The notes under the pieces are model-generated. The model had not been told where the DNA came from and searched no databases. It saw only the letters and a list, made by a program, of their open reading frames with translations. A stretch of 64,000 bases of DNA from positions 4,672,001 through 4,736,000 of the forward strand of contig OZ242180.1 of assembly GCA_965205485.1 (NCBI GenBank), written 5' to 3'. The position numbers were made by a program, and so were the translations under genes. This stretch comes from Candidatus Latescibacterota bacterium. GTDB taxonomy: Bacteria; Latescibacterota; UBA2968; GCA-2709665. This document shows, in pieces, positions 1-10,100 of the stretch (position 1 is its first letter; the number at the start of each line of letters is the position of its first letter).

Positions 1-555
1 ATCGTTCACGAACATCGAAGGGGATACGGCTGGGCCTGCCTCGCGGGCATCGACGCACTCGAAAAACCCGATATAGTGGTGTTCCTGGACGGAGACTACA
101 GTGACTATCCCAACGAAATGACGAACCTGGTGAAGCCGATCGTCGAGGGCTGCGCGGACCTTGTGATCGGCTCGCGCATACTCGGCAACCGGGAGGCCGG
201 CGCGCTGCTTCCCCAGGCCCGCTTCGGAAACTGGCTGGCCACGTGGCTCATCCGCCGCCTGTTTGGCGCCCGTTTCACCGACCTCGGGCCCTTCCGCGCC
301 ATAACGTATCCTGCTCTGTTACGGCTTGAAATGCAGGACAAGACCTTTGGCTGGACCGTGGAAATGCAGGTAAAGGCTGCAAGGATGAAATTGCGGTTCC
401 TCGAAGCGCCGGTAAGTTATCGACGCCGAATCGGCGTCTCCAAGATCACCGGAACCGTCAGCGGCACGATCCGCGCGGGCTGGAAGATTCTCTACACGAT
501 TTTCAGTTACAGACTCCGGAAAACGCCTGAGTCCACGTCGATCGCACCACATTGA
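1..555 (+). CDS. Glycosyltransferase family 2 (DPM1-like), 5'-truncated by window edge
   Basis: Frame 1 open from base 1 (RGYGWACLAG...VVFLDGDYSD DxD motif, DLVIGSR, TDLGPFRAI, GWTVEMQ, YRRRIGVSKI). Confidence 0.88.
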   Translation: MVHEHRRGYGWACLAGIDALEKPDIVVFLDGDYSDYPNEMTNLVKPIVEGCADLVIGSRILGNREAGALLPQARFGNWLATWLIRRLFGARFTDLGPFRAITYPALLRLEMQDKTFGWTVEMQVKAARMKLRFLEAPVSYRRRIGVSKITGTVSGTIRAGWKILYTIFSYRLRKTPESTSIAPH

Positions 556-599
556 ATCGCAATCGGCCTGCACGGTCGATTCCACCGGGGTCCCTGCGG

Positions 600-932
600 T
601 CAGTCGCTCCCGGACGCTTCGCAAGCGCCGTCATCCTCGCGGTCCAGCATCACTGTCAGGCGCGCGGCCACCTGCTCGGCCTGCCGTCCCGCCGCTTCCC
701 TGCCCGTCCGGTGCTTCAGCAGCCTGTCTGCGATCTCCAGAGCCGCGATTATGGCAATTTTCGTGGGTTCCGCCAGTTTCTGCTGAGACGCGACCTCCCT
801 CATACGGCGATCGACCAGTTGTGCAACCCGATGGGTATACTCAGACGACTCCCGACTCTGAACAGGGTATTGACGCCCGTAGATCGTAACATACGTCGTC
901 TCACCTCGATTAAGGCCGTCGGTTAGTAACAT
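600..932 (-). CDS. zapA: Cell division protein ZapA
   Basis: VTIYGRQYPV...RVAQLVDRRMREV...IAIIAALEIADRLL pattern plus C-terminal coiled coil; GGAGG RBS. Confidence 0.85.
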   Translation of the reverse strand: MLLTDGLNRGETTYVTIYGRQYPVQSRESSEYTHRVAQLVDRRMREVASQQKLAEPTKIAIIAALEIADRLLKHRTGREAAGRQAEQVAARLTVMLDREDDGACEASGSD

Positions 933-971
933 CCTCCCTCCTCAACTGTCTGCGGCGCGTGACCGCTGAAG

Positions 972-1154
972 TCAGATCTTGTCCGCGCCTTCGAGCGGGT
1001 CCACACGCACCACGCCGTCCGTTGCGGGCACCGTGACCTCAACAACCCATCCGTCCACGTCCTTGCCCATAACCCGAATCCGCGTGGGGATTCTGCGCAA
1101 TACCGTCGCGTCTTTGGAAACCCTGGCGAATGCGTGGTATTTTTCATCGTCCAT
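972..1154 (-). CDS. Small hypothetical protein (about 60 aa; start could be 1238)
   Basis: ORF co-oriented between nadD and zapA; no recognised motif. Confidence 0.4.
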   Translation of the reverse strand: MDDEKYHAFARVSKDATVLRRIPTRIRVMGKDVDGWVVEVTVPATDGVVRVDPLEGADKI

Positions 1155-1253
1155 ACAGAAATACCGCTGGATTCGTCCTTCGGGCTTTCCGCCGAGTTGC
1201 GAGCTGCTCTGTGTATGGTCCTCCGAGGAGCCGGTCATTGATTGTTCGCAATC

Positions 1254-1841
1254 CTATCTGTAGAGGCCGTGGGATTCGATGAATCGGGCGACGTTGTCCG
1301 GAACCCAGTACCGAATGGGTAAGCCGGAACGAACGCGGGAACGGATCTGAGTGGAGGAGATTTCGAGAAGCGGGGAATCCAGAAAACACATCCGTGCGGC
1401 AATCAGATCATCGACATCATCCGGCAGAAAGCCCGGCCGGCCCATCACCGTAACGCGGGCGAGATCCAGAACGCCCAGGGGGTTGCACCACGTTGACATT
1501 TCCATCGCGCTGTCCGCGCCAATGATCAGATAGAATTCAGTCCCGGAACCCAGTTCGCTGCACAACTGCCTGAGGGTCTCTACGGTATACGACTTTCCGG
1601 TTCGATCCAGTTCAATCCGGCAAAGTTCGAACCGGGGCTGTCCATCCAGTGCGAGCGCTACCATACTGGCGCGTGCTTCCGCCGGCGCCACGTCGGCAAC
1701 GCGCTTGTGGGGAGGGTCCGCCGAGGGAACGAACAGAACCCGATCCAGGCGACACGTTGCCAACGCCTCCTGTGCGATGATCAGATGGCCGAGATGAATC
1801 GGATCGAACGTTCCGCCGAGGATGCCGATCCTGCCGTCCAT
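1254..1841 (-). CDS. nadD: Nicotinate-nucleotide adenylyltransferase
   Basis: GILGGTFDPIHLGHL (HxGH), PPHK, SYTVETL, IIGADS, ISSTQIR. Confidence 0.96.
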   Translation of the reverse strand: MDGRIGILGGTFDPIHLGHLIIAQEALATCRLDRVLFVPSADPPHKRVADVAPAEARASMVALALDGQPRFELCRIELDRTGKSYTVETLRQLCSELGSGTEFYLIIGADSAMEMSTWCNPLGVLDLARVTVMGRPGFLPDDVDDLIAARMCFLDSPLLEISSTQIRSRVRSGLPIRYWVPDNVARFIESHGLYR

Positions 1842-1847
1842 TCCGCC

Positions 1848-2669
1848 TCAACGGGTATTTGCGGCGCTGGAGCCGTCCGGTTTCTCCGCGGGCTTTCGCA
1901 GTTCGTTGTTCTGCCGAACCCGGGTTTTCTCGATCTGCCGAATCTCTTCCGCAATATTCTGTTTCAGTTCGTCCTGAACGCCATCCGCGGCCAGGAGCCT
2001 CAACATTTCAAGTGCTTCGTCCAGCGCTCCCGCGCGATGTTTTGTCCGGGCAAGAAGAAAACGTGCTCTTGACACGACCGCCGTATCGTCGAATTCCTTG
2101 AGGACAATTTCGCAATATCGCCCCGCGGATTCGTACATATCCCACTGCATGTAGTTCTCGGCAACCATCAGCTTCTTCCGCGCCAACTTCGTTCGAAGTT
2201 CCAGGATTCTTTCACGAGTGCCTGATACAAGATCGCTGTCAGGGAAATCCTCGATAAACCGTTCGAATTCCCTGATGGCCTTATGGGTCTCGTCCTGGTC
2301 GTGGTGGATTCCACGAGACTGCCGATAATAACACACCCCGATCTGATAGCGCGCCTGATCGACAAACGGACTGGTTGGAAACTCATTCAGCAGGCGCTCG
2401 AATTCAAAAACGGCAGTAACGTAGTCCTTGTCGCACAGATACGCGAAACCCAGCTTGTATTGGGCGCGATCGACCAGATGGGAACCGGGAAAGTCCGAAA
2501 GTAGATTGCGGAGCAGCTTCTGCGCCTCCCAGCAGTTCTTCTTCTCCAGCTCCTCATTCGCCTTTTCCAGATAAAGGTCGGCGCTTGGGTGGCGATACCT
2601 GTTCTGCGCACATCCGGCCAGTGCCGGCAGGCCAAGACAACACAGAATGAATACACTCCGCTTCAACAT
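1848..2669 (-). CDS. bamD: Outer membrane protein assembly factor BamD (TPR lipoprotein)
   Basis: Start re-set to MLKRSVF; lipobox LAGC; TPR repeats with FPxS; HDQDETHKAIREFERFIEDFPDS motif. Confidence 0.88.
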   Translation of the reverse strand: MLKRSVFILCCLGLPALAGCAQNRYRHPSADLYLEKANEELEKKNCWEAQKLLRNLLSDFPGSHLVDRAQYKLGFAYLCDKDYVTAVFEFERLLNEFPTSPFVDQARYQIGVCYYRQSRGIHHDQDETHKAIREFERFIEDFPDSDLVSGTRERILELRTKLARKKLMVAENYMQWDMYESAGRYCEIVLKEFDDTAVVSRARFLLARTKHRAGALDEALEMLRLLAADGVQDELKQNIAEEIRQIEKTRVRQNNELRKPAEKPDGSSAANTR

Positions 2670-2933
2670 ACCCGTACCCGTCGTGCAATAACACAAAATC
2701 GGGGCCGTGTTTTTCCCAACCCCGAACGGTCGGCGCAATTGGCCACCCGGAAACCCGTGCGTTTTCCAGTGGCGCATTCCGTTGAGCCGATCGGCAAGAC
2801 CGACGCTCCACCCTTTGACTCTGGAAACCGGCGGACGGTTCCAATCAAAACCGGAAGGAAATCGTCCCGCACCGCCGGACTGAAATCACGAAAAAACGCG
2901 GTGCCTGTGCCGTTTTCGTCCGCAGATCGAAAA

Positions 2934-2962
2934 AACTTAAGCAAACGCCACAGGCAAGTCAA
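2934..2962 (-). promoter_or_regulatory. Sigma70-type promoter for bamD-nadD-zapA
   Basis: TTGACT-17 nt-TAAGTT on minus strand. Confidence 0.55.
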
Positions 2963-2975
2963 GGAAATACAATGA

Positions 2976-3051
2976 GAAGCTGATTTGAAACTCCCGCCGA
3001 CCGGCGCTTTTGCAGCCGTGCGAAGACCGCATGGAATTTCAAGACAGCCTC
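2976..3051 (+). mobile_element. MITE family A, internally deleted copy (76 bp)
   Basis: Ends GAAGCTGATTTGAAA...TTTCAAGACAGCCTC; flanked by exact 3-bp TGA duplication (2973-2975, 3052-3054); body matches the 3' half of the other A copies. Confidence 0.8.
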
Positions 3052-3090
3052 TGACCTTGATTCGTCAGTTATCCGGGACGGGATTCCTAA

Positions 3091-3252
3091 GATGCTGTTT
3101 TAAAATTACCGGTGAGTTCCCGAGCGCGAGCGAAAAAGCGGCGGTCAAGGCGGGAAAATCCGCCCATATTTGTCTATACGGGTGGGTTTGACCAACGCCG
3201 ACCGGCGCTTTTGCAGCCGCGCGAATACCGCTGGGAATTTTAAGACAGCTTC
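3091..3252 (+). mobile_element. MITE family A (162 bp; IS5/IS1031-like ends)
   Basis: TIR GATGCTGTTTTAAAATT...AATTTTAAGACAGCTTC; nearly identical to 62833-62994; no transposase. Confidence 0.88.
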
Positions 3253-3421
3253 TATAGTTCGTCTTGACGAGCGCGGCCGGAACGCGTTAACTTGAACTCC
3301 GGCCTGAACCGGCTTCGAATGCGATCAGGCGTGGACAAATCAGGTCACGTGCGCCTTCGTACCTCCCTGGCGATAACGTTGTCCGGTTCGCTGTCATTCA
3401 ACCCTCCCGGAGATCACCATC

Positions 3422-4351
3422 GTGTCACGTGCCCACGTTCTGGTCATCGGCAGTTCCAATACCGATCTGATCGTTCAGTCGGAGAACCTGCCGAGCCCCG
3501 GCCAAACCGTTATGGCGGATGCGTTTTCAACACTGCCGGGCGGCAAAGGCGCGAATCAGGCCGTCGCCGCGGCCCGCGCAGGCGCGTTTGTAACCTTCAT
3601 CGCCAGGATCGGAAGCGATGCATTTGGCCTCCATGCCCTGCGCTGCCTGGAGGCGGAGGGGATCGACACGACGTTTATCCTCAGAGATCCTGACCTGGCA
3701 TCGGGAATCGCCTCGATCCTGGTGGACAGAAGGGGTGAGAACGTCATCGCCGTGGTCCCGGGCGCCAACGCAGCCCTTTCTCCTGTTCAGGTCGATGCCG
3801 CCGCTACCCTTTTCGAACGCGTTTCCATCTGCCTGCTTCAGCTTGAAACGCCGTTGCCGACCGTTCTGCATGCGACGGGTCTCGCGAAAGAACGCGGCGT
3901 TCCGGTGATTCTCAACCCGGCGCCGGGGCGTAAGCTGCCCCCGCGGCTGCTCTCCGATCTGTTTATCCTGACGCCGAATGAAACTGAGACAGAGATACTC
4001 ACCGGGATTCTGCCGGATACCGAAAAGACCGCGCGCCAGGCGGCGGACAACCTTATGGACCTTGGCGTAAAAAACGTCGTCATCACCCTTGGCGCGCGCG
4101 GCGCGCTCCTTGCGACGGCGCGGCAAACCGTAATGGTCCCCGCGCCGTCGGTCGACGTCCGAGACACGACGGGCGCCGGAGACGCCTTCAACGGCGCTCT
4201 CGCCGCCGCAGTCGGTCATACGCATTCGCTTGCCGACGCGGTCGCTTTTGCCAACTGCGCCGGCGCCCTGGCGGTTACCCGGGTTGGAGCACAGTCCGCG
4301 CTGCCGCGCGAATCGCAGATCCGGGCACTCCTGGACCCGAGGCCGCATTGA
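3422..4351 (+). CDS. rbsK: Ribokinase (PfkB family)
   Basis: GSSNTD, GGKGANQAVAAAR, QLE, NPAP, TPNETE, DTTGAGDAFNG. Confidence 0.93.
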   Translation: MSRAHVLVIGSSNTDLIVQSENLPSPGQTVMADAFSTLPGGKGANQAVAAARAGAFVTFIARIGSDAFGLHALRCLEAEGIDTTFILRDPDLASGIASILVDRRGENVIAVVPGANAALSPVQVDAAATLFERVSICLLQLETPLPTVLHATGLAKERGVPVILNPAPGRKLPPRLLSDLFILTPNETETEILTGILPDTEKTARQAADNLMDLGVKNVVITLGARGALLATARQTVMVPAPSVDVRDTTGAGDAFNGALAAAVGHTHSLADAVAFANCAGALAVTRVGAQSALPRESQIRALLDPRPH

Positions 4352-4383
4352 CCGCGGAAATACCCCTTTTTTCGCCTTTGCTC

Positions 4384-4412
4384 TTGACCCGATCTCCGCC
4401 CTGTCCTATATT
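4384..4412 (+). promoter_or_regulatory. Sigma70-type promoter for small ORF 4498
   Basis: TTGACC-17 nt-TATATT. Confidence 0.6.
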
Positions 4413-4497
4413 CTGATCCCTCACATACACCAGGCAAGATTGAACGGCATTCACCTCCCCCCTCTCCCTGATTCCCCTAGAACGAAGGGAGCGCTGT

Positions 4498-4683
4498 ATG
4501 GCGAACCGCACGGGTGTCGAGCCTCGCCTCGACTATGAGGATCTTGTGGACGAGTTGGACCGGTTTGAGTTGCAGGCCAGAGACCTTCAGGTGCGTATCG
4601 CGAAGTTTATGAAGAATGCCAGGCAGACGCCGGCCGGCGAGACGGGTTCGGGTGTGGAACACCTGGGGATCGCAGCCGACTGA
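4498..4683 (+). CDS. Small hypothetical protein (61 aa, helical/coiled-coil)
   Basis: ATG preceded by AAGGGAG RBS; own promoter upstream and hairpin downstream. Confidence 0.6.
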   Translation: MANRTGVEPRLDYEDLVDELDRFELQARDLQVRIAKFMKNARQTPAGETGSGVEHLGIAAD

Positions 4684-4711
4684 ACTCGCGTCTTTGCAAT
4701 GGCATCCGAAT

Positions 4712-4750
4712 ACGAACAAGGCGGGGTGTAAGCCCCGCCTTGTTCGTTTA
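4712..4750. terminator. 15-bp perfect hairpin between convergent genes (likely terminator)
   Basis: ACGAACAAGGCGGGG-tgtaag-CCCCGCCTTGTTCGT followed by TTA. Confidence 0.65.
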
Positions 4751-4810
4751 AGTACGACGATAGAGTACGTTTTCAATTGCCGCGCGGCACCGGGAATCCT
4801 ATAGCGGCTT

Positions 4811-5764
4811 CTAACGCGCATCGACCGGCCCGGCCATCTCCCGGTAGAGCATCTTCAGTGCAGCGACGTCGGCTTCGTCCAGCGAACCCAATGCGGATGC
4901 CGCCGCGTTCGCTTCGGCCTGCTCGGGCGTCTTGGCGCCCGGGATAACGCAAGAGACGTCCTGGTGGCTCAGCACGAATCGCAGCGCCGTCTGCGCAAGT
5001 GATGGGCTCCGGCCGCCCACCAGCGCCTCCACCCTGGCCACCTGGGCCAGGGCCTGCTGCAATCGGCCGTCCCTCCGCCAGTCTTCCCGGAAATCTCCAT
5101 CCGGAAACCGGGTATCCCTGCGATATTTCCCGCTCAGCAAGCCTCTTGCAAGCGGCGCCTTGATCACCGTGCCGACGCCTGCGTTTCTCGCCGCCTTAAA
5201 CAAACCGGGGTCCGGTCGCTGGTCCAGGATGCTGTAGTAGATCTGCAACACATCCACACAGCCGGATTCGATGCAGAGCCGCCCCTGTTCGGCCGTATCG
5301 ACCGATACACCTGCCAAACGGATCGTGCCGGCTTCTTTCATTCTCGTCAGGAATTCAAAGACACTGCCCCGCTGAATGGTCCCGGTATCCGGATCGTGGA
5401 TATAATAGAGATCGATATAGTCCGTTCGCAGGCTCCGCAGGCTGGCCTGCAACGCCCGGATGAGGTAGATTGTCGAAAAATCACAGTTGGGCGCACCGTC
5501 CACGTACCACCAACCGCCCTTGGTTGCGAGTACGACGTGCTCCCGCCTTCCTTCCAGCGCCCTGCCCAGAACCCGTTCGCTGCGTCCGTTTCCGTATGCG
5601 TCAGCCGTATCGAAAAGCGTCACGCCGACGTCGAGCGCCCGGTGTACGGCGAGAACGGACGTCTCATCGCTGACGGGCCCCCAGTCCAAACCTCGAAACG
5701 GCCCGGCGCCGAATCCGACCTCCGAAATCCGTGGTCCACCCTTGCAGAGCGCACGGCATTTCAT
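4811..5764 (-). CDS. Aldo/keto reductase
   Basis: FDTADAYGNGRSE, LATKGG, SLRSLRTDYIDLYYIH, PLARGLLSGKY, VIPGAK; start re-set to MKCRAL because a promoter lies at 5873-5901. Confidence 0.92.
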   Translation of the reverse strand: MKCRALCKGGPRISEVGFGAGPFRGLDWGPVSDETSVLAVHRALDVGVTLFDTADAYGNGRSERVLGRALEGRREHVVLATKGGWWYVDGAPNCDFSTIYLIRALQASLRSLRTDYIDLYYIHDPDTGTIQRGSVFEFLTRMKEAGTIRLAGVSVDTAEQGRLCIESGCVDVLQIYYSILDQRPDPGLFKAARNAGVGTVIKAPLARGLLSGKYRRDTRFPDGDFREDWRRDGRLQQALAQVARVEALVGGRSPSLAQTALRFVLSHQDVSCVIPGAKTPEQAEANAAASALGSLDEADVAALKMLYREMAGPVDAR

Positions 5765-5872
5765 GACAACCCCAGACAGGTCGATCCACCACCAAGTCAA
5801 AACGGCCCTCGAAGGCTCCCTCCCGGCGATTCCCTCGAAGGCCGAATTCAGTATCACTTGGATACCGCAGCA

Positions 5873-5901
5873 AAAATAGAACCTGCAAATCGGATTGTCA
5901 A
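5873..5901 (-). promoter_or_regulatory. Sigma70-type promoter for AKR
   Basis: TTGACA-17 nt-TATTTT on minus strand. Confidence 0.6.
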
Positions 5902-6233
5902 CCAAAATCAGGTTCGGTGCATCAGTCGGTCCACCGGCGACCTGACGTTCGGAAAAAGTGGCCATGAGCCCCTATTCGCCGCCCGGAACCGCATCCATCC
6001 GGTCTCTCGCCGCGTCGTTTCACAGCTGAAGACCGGTGAATCGGAGTGGAATGTCTCAACAGCACAGGCTATCTTTATAAAAATTATTTATTGATTTCAT
6101 CAATTTTATAAATTTGCAATATATGGCGTGGTATACTAATATTTCGCTGGCGGTTCCCGCTCTGGCGCTGCCTTTCCCCGCGGGCTCCGGTGCGGGCGCC
6201 GCGGATGACTCGACCCTGACGAGGGAGTCCGCT

Positions 6234-6959
6234 TTGGATCTGCCCGCCGCGATGCTCATGGATCTGGACGATACAATCGTCTCCTATTCCACGTACGCGG
6301 GACCATGCTGGAAACGGGTCTGCTGCGATGCGGCTGGCGGAATTGAGGGGGTCGGTGCGGAGGATCTTTACAGGACGCTGACCGAAGCCCGAACGTGGTT
6401 CTGGGCCGATCCCGAACGGCACCGGGCGAACCGTCAGAACATGCCGCGTGCGTATCAGCGCGTTGTCCACCATGGCCTGTGCCGCCTTGGCATTGAGAAC
6501 CTGGAGCTGGCGGGAACGATCGCAAAATCGTACGAACGTGAACGCGACAAGACGATGAAGCCATTTCCAGGCGCCCTCGAAACGCTTCGCAAGCTTCGTG
6601 CCTGCGGAGTACGGATGGCCCTGGTAACCAACGGGGGCGCCGAACCGCAGCGGGACAAGATACACAGGTTCAATCTGGCGCCCTTTTTTGACGCCATCCT
6701 AATCGAAGGAGAATGCGGTTACGGCAAACCGGATATCCGGATCTATACGGATGCGCTCCGCCGCCTGGACGCCACACCCGGGGACGCGTGGATGGTGGGC
6801 GACAGCCTGGAGTGGGAGGTCGCGGTTCCGCAGAAACTGGGCATCTACTGCGTATGGAACGATGCAAAGGGGGAAGGTCTGCCGGAAGACAGCGGAATCC
6901 GTCCGGATCGAATCATCAGATCCCTGCCGGAGTTGTTGCCGTCCCCTATCGGTGCCTAA
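6234..6959 (+). CDS. HAD-superfamily hydrolase (YjjG/YfnB-like)
   Basis: Motif I DLDDT, VTNG, GKPD, MVGDSLEWEV; likely TTG start after GAGGGAG. Confidence 0.88.
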   Translation: MDLPAAMLMDLDDTIVSYSTYAGPCWKRVCCDAAGGIEGVGAEDLYRTLTEARTWFWADPERHRANRQNMPRAYQRVVHHGLCRLGIENLELAGTIAKSYERERDKTMKPFPGALETLRKLRACGVRMALVTNGGAEPQRDKIHRFNLAPFFDAILIEGECGYGKPDIRIYTDALRRLDATPGDAWMVGDSLEWEVAVPQKLGIYCVWNDAKGEGLPEDSGIRPDRIIRSLPELLPSPIGA

Positions 6960-7121
6960 GAAGCTGTATTAGAATCCCCAACGGTCTTTGCGCGGCTGCA
7001 AAAGCGCCGGTCGGCGTTGGTCAAATTCGCCGATATACACAAATATGGGCAAATTCACCCGCCTTGACGGTCACTTTTTCGCTCGCGCTCGGGAACTCAC
7101 CGGGAATTCTAACACAGCTTC
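6960..7121 (-). mobile_element. MITE family A (162 bp), directly on HAD stop codon
   Basis: TAA|GAAGCTGTATTAGAATCCCC...GGGAATTCTAACACAGCTTC; reverse orientation of the 3091 copy. Confidence 0.85.
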
Positions 7122-7148
7122 CCAATTGACGGCGCCGGAAAGGAATTT

Positions 7149-10100
7149 ATGGGTCTTCTTCATCTCTACCGTACGCCGTTCCTCTCACGGACGCAAACGG
7201 ATACCCTGCTCAACCAGGTCAGGCAGACCGTCTTTCCCCGCGTTGCGCGGATTGAAACCGAAGCCTGCTTCAACGTCGAACTGAGCGGTACGTTAACCGC
7301 CGAGGAACGGAAGCGGCTCGCCTGGCTTCTGGGTGAGACCTTCGAGCCGGAAAGACTCGCCGCGACGCCGTTTCTGGGGGGGGAAGGTTCGCTGATCGAG
7401 GTTGGACCGCGCCTGAACTTCAGCACAGCCTGGTCCACGAATGCCGTATCGGTCTGCCAGGCCTGCGGCCTGACGGGAATTGCGCGCATCGAACGATCCA
7501 GGCGTTATCTGCTCCGGCCCGGCCTGACCCGGGACCGGAAGACCGCATTCCTGGATGCGGTCCACGACCGCATGACGGAGTGCGAATACCCCTCGCCCCT
7601 GTCGTCCTTCGAAACCGGCGCACATCCGGAGCCGGTTTCCGAGGTTCCGCTTATTCAGGAGGGCAGGGCCGCGCTGGAGCACATCAACAGGACCCTGGGC
7701 CTGGCCTTCGACGAATGGGACCTCGACTACTATACGGACCTCTTTCTGGACCACTTCCGGCGAAACCCCACGAATGTGGAATGTTTCGACATCGCCCAGT
7801 CCAACAGCGAGCACTCCCGGCACTGGTTTTTCCGCGGCCGGCTGAGGATCGACGGCGAAGAAATGCCGGACCATCTGATGGGCATGATTCAGCAACCCCT
7901 GCGGGCCAATCCGGGCAACAGCAGCATCGCGTTCCGGGACAACGCGAGCGGCATACGGGGCTATTCCACGAGGACCATCCTGCCCGCCAGGCCGGGAGAA
8001 CCCGGCCCGTTCGTTGATTCCGATCGGAATTACGACATCATCTTCACCGCGGAAACCCACAACTTTCCCACCGGCGTCGCGCCGTTCCCCGGCGCTGAAA
8101 CCGGTACCGGCGGGCGCATTCGCGACGTGCATGCCGCCGGCCGCGGCTCGCTGGTTGTCGCCGGTACCGCGGCCTACTGTGTGGGCAATCTCCGCATACC
8201 GGGCTATGAAATGCCGTGGGAGGACCGGGCGTTCGAATATGCCGGCAATTTCGCATCCCCGCTCCGGATCGAGATAGAAGCCAGCAACGGCGCATCGGAC
8301 TACGGGAACAAATTCGGCGAACCGCTCGTTCAGGGCTATACGCGCGCGTTCGGCCTGCGATTGCCGGACGGTCAGCGCCGTGAGTGGATCAAACCCATCA
8401 TGTTTACCGGGGGCATTGGCCAGATCGACGCCCGCCACATCACAAAGGGAAGCCCGGAGAAGAAGATGTGGGTGGTCAAGCTCGGAGGCCCCGCGTACCG
8501 CATCGGGATGGGCGGCGGGGCGGCTTCGTCGATGGTGCAGGGCGAGAACACGGCGGAGCTGGACTTCAACGCCGTACAGCGAGGCGATGCGGAAATGGAG
8601 CAGAAGGTAAACCGGGTAATCCGCGCCTGCGTTGAAATGGGAGAAGAGAACCCCATCGTCAGCATCCACGACCAGGGGGCCGGCGGAAACTGCAACGTGC
8701 TCAAGGAAATCGTCGCGCCGGAAGGCGCCCGCATCCACGTTCGCGACCTGCCCGTGGGCGACCGGTCACTTTCCGTGCTGGAAATATGGGGCGCCGAATA
8801 CCAGGAAAACGACGCCCTGCTGCTGCATCCCCGGCACGAGGCGGCGTTCAAGGCCCTGTGCGAGCGGGAAAAGATAGCGGCGGCATTCGTGGGACACGTA
8901 ACCGGAAGCGGAAGAATTGTCCTCTACGACGAAAACGACAACACCACCCCGGTGGACCTGGAACTGGACAAAGTGCTGGGAGACATGCCCCGCAAGAACT
9001 TCGAATTGTATCGTAAACGGCCCGAATTGACGCCGCTGGATCTGCCTGACGACATTACCGTGGAGTCCGCATTGAAGCGAGTGTTGCGACTCGTGTCGGT
9101 TGGCTCCAAGCGTTTCCTGACGAACAAGGTCGACCGGAGCGTCACCGGTCTGGTTGCCCGCCAGCAGTGCGCGGGTCCGCTTCAGCTCACGGTTTCGGAC
9201 GTGGCCGTGATCGCGCAGAGCCATTTCGGCATAACCGGCGCCGCCACGTCCATCGGGGAACAGCCCGTTATCGGCCTGCTGGACCCCGAAGCGATGGCAC
9301 GAATGTCCGTCGGCGAGGCGCTGACCAATCTGGTGTGGGCGAGGGTAAGCGCGTTTGAAGACGTCAAATGCTCAGGAAACTGGATGTGGGCGGCCAAACT
9401 GCCGGGCGAAGGCGCCGCGCTATACGATGCAGCCAGAGCCCTGGTGGATGTAATGCTCGAACTGGGAATCGCCATCGATGGAGGGAAAGACAGTCTCTCC
9501 ATGGCCGCGCTGGCGCCCGGACCCAACCGGAACGACGAGACCGTGACCGCGCCGGGCGCCCTGGTTGTCTCGGCCTATGTCACGTGCCCGGATGTCACGC
9601 AGGTTGTCACGCCGGACCTCAAACACCCTGATGAGGGCCGCCTGCTGTTTATCGACCTGTCGGGTGGAAGGAAGCGCCTCGGCGGCTCCGCCCTTGCCCA
9701 GGTGTACAGCCAGATCGGCGACACGCCGCCGGACGTGGACGACCCCGGACTGCTGAAACGCACGTTCAACGCCGTGCAGCAACTCATCGCCGAAAACAAC
9801 GTGGCCGCGGGCCACGACCGGAGCGACGGCGGCATCGTAACCTGTCTGCTTGAAATGGCTTTCGCCGGCAACTGCGGCATCAGCATCGATCTACCGACGG
9901 CTTCAGATCCTATTGCGTCGCTGTTCGCCGAGGAGATGGGCCTGGTCATCGAAGTACACGCGGGGAATGCGCCCCATGTCCTCCGGGCTCTCAATGCCGC
10001 GGACGTGCCCTGCATTCCCATTGGCAATACCACGTCGGACACGTCCGTAGGGATCGCCGTTAACGGCCGGACCGTTCTCAGCGACGACATGGCGAATCTG

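Noticed and set aside
556..599. 6S RNA, often found downstream of zapA
   Set aside because: Only 44 bp before the convergent glycosyltransferase
3066..3090. TTATCCGGGACGGGATTCCTAA resembling a family C end
   Set aside because: Match too short and degenerate to support
2985..3191. Short ORFs over repeats (also 6713-7129, 35962-36261, 51116-51434, 62788-62985)
   Set aside because: Reading frames through MITEs without RBS support; not transposases
4811..5965. Long N-terminal extensions in the ORF track (AKR, bamD, folD, rplR, secE, thrC, batC and others)
   Set aside because: Extensions cross promoters, tRNAs, MITEs or neighbouring genes; downstream starts fit RBS and family N-termini
7293..8738. 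Long antisense ORFs (also 19273-20766, 46014-47273, 53702-54808, 59194-60153)
   Set aside because: They lie opposite well-supported genes and have no domain signatures
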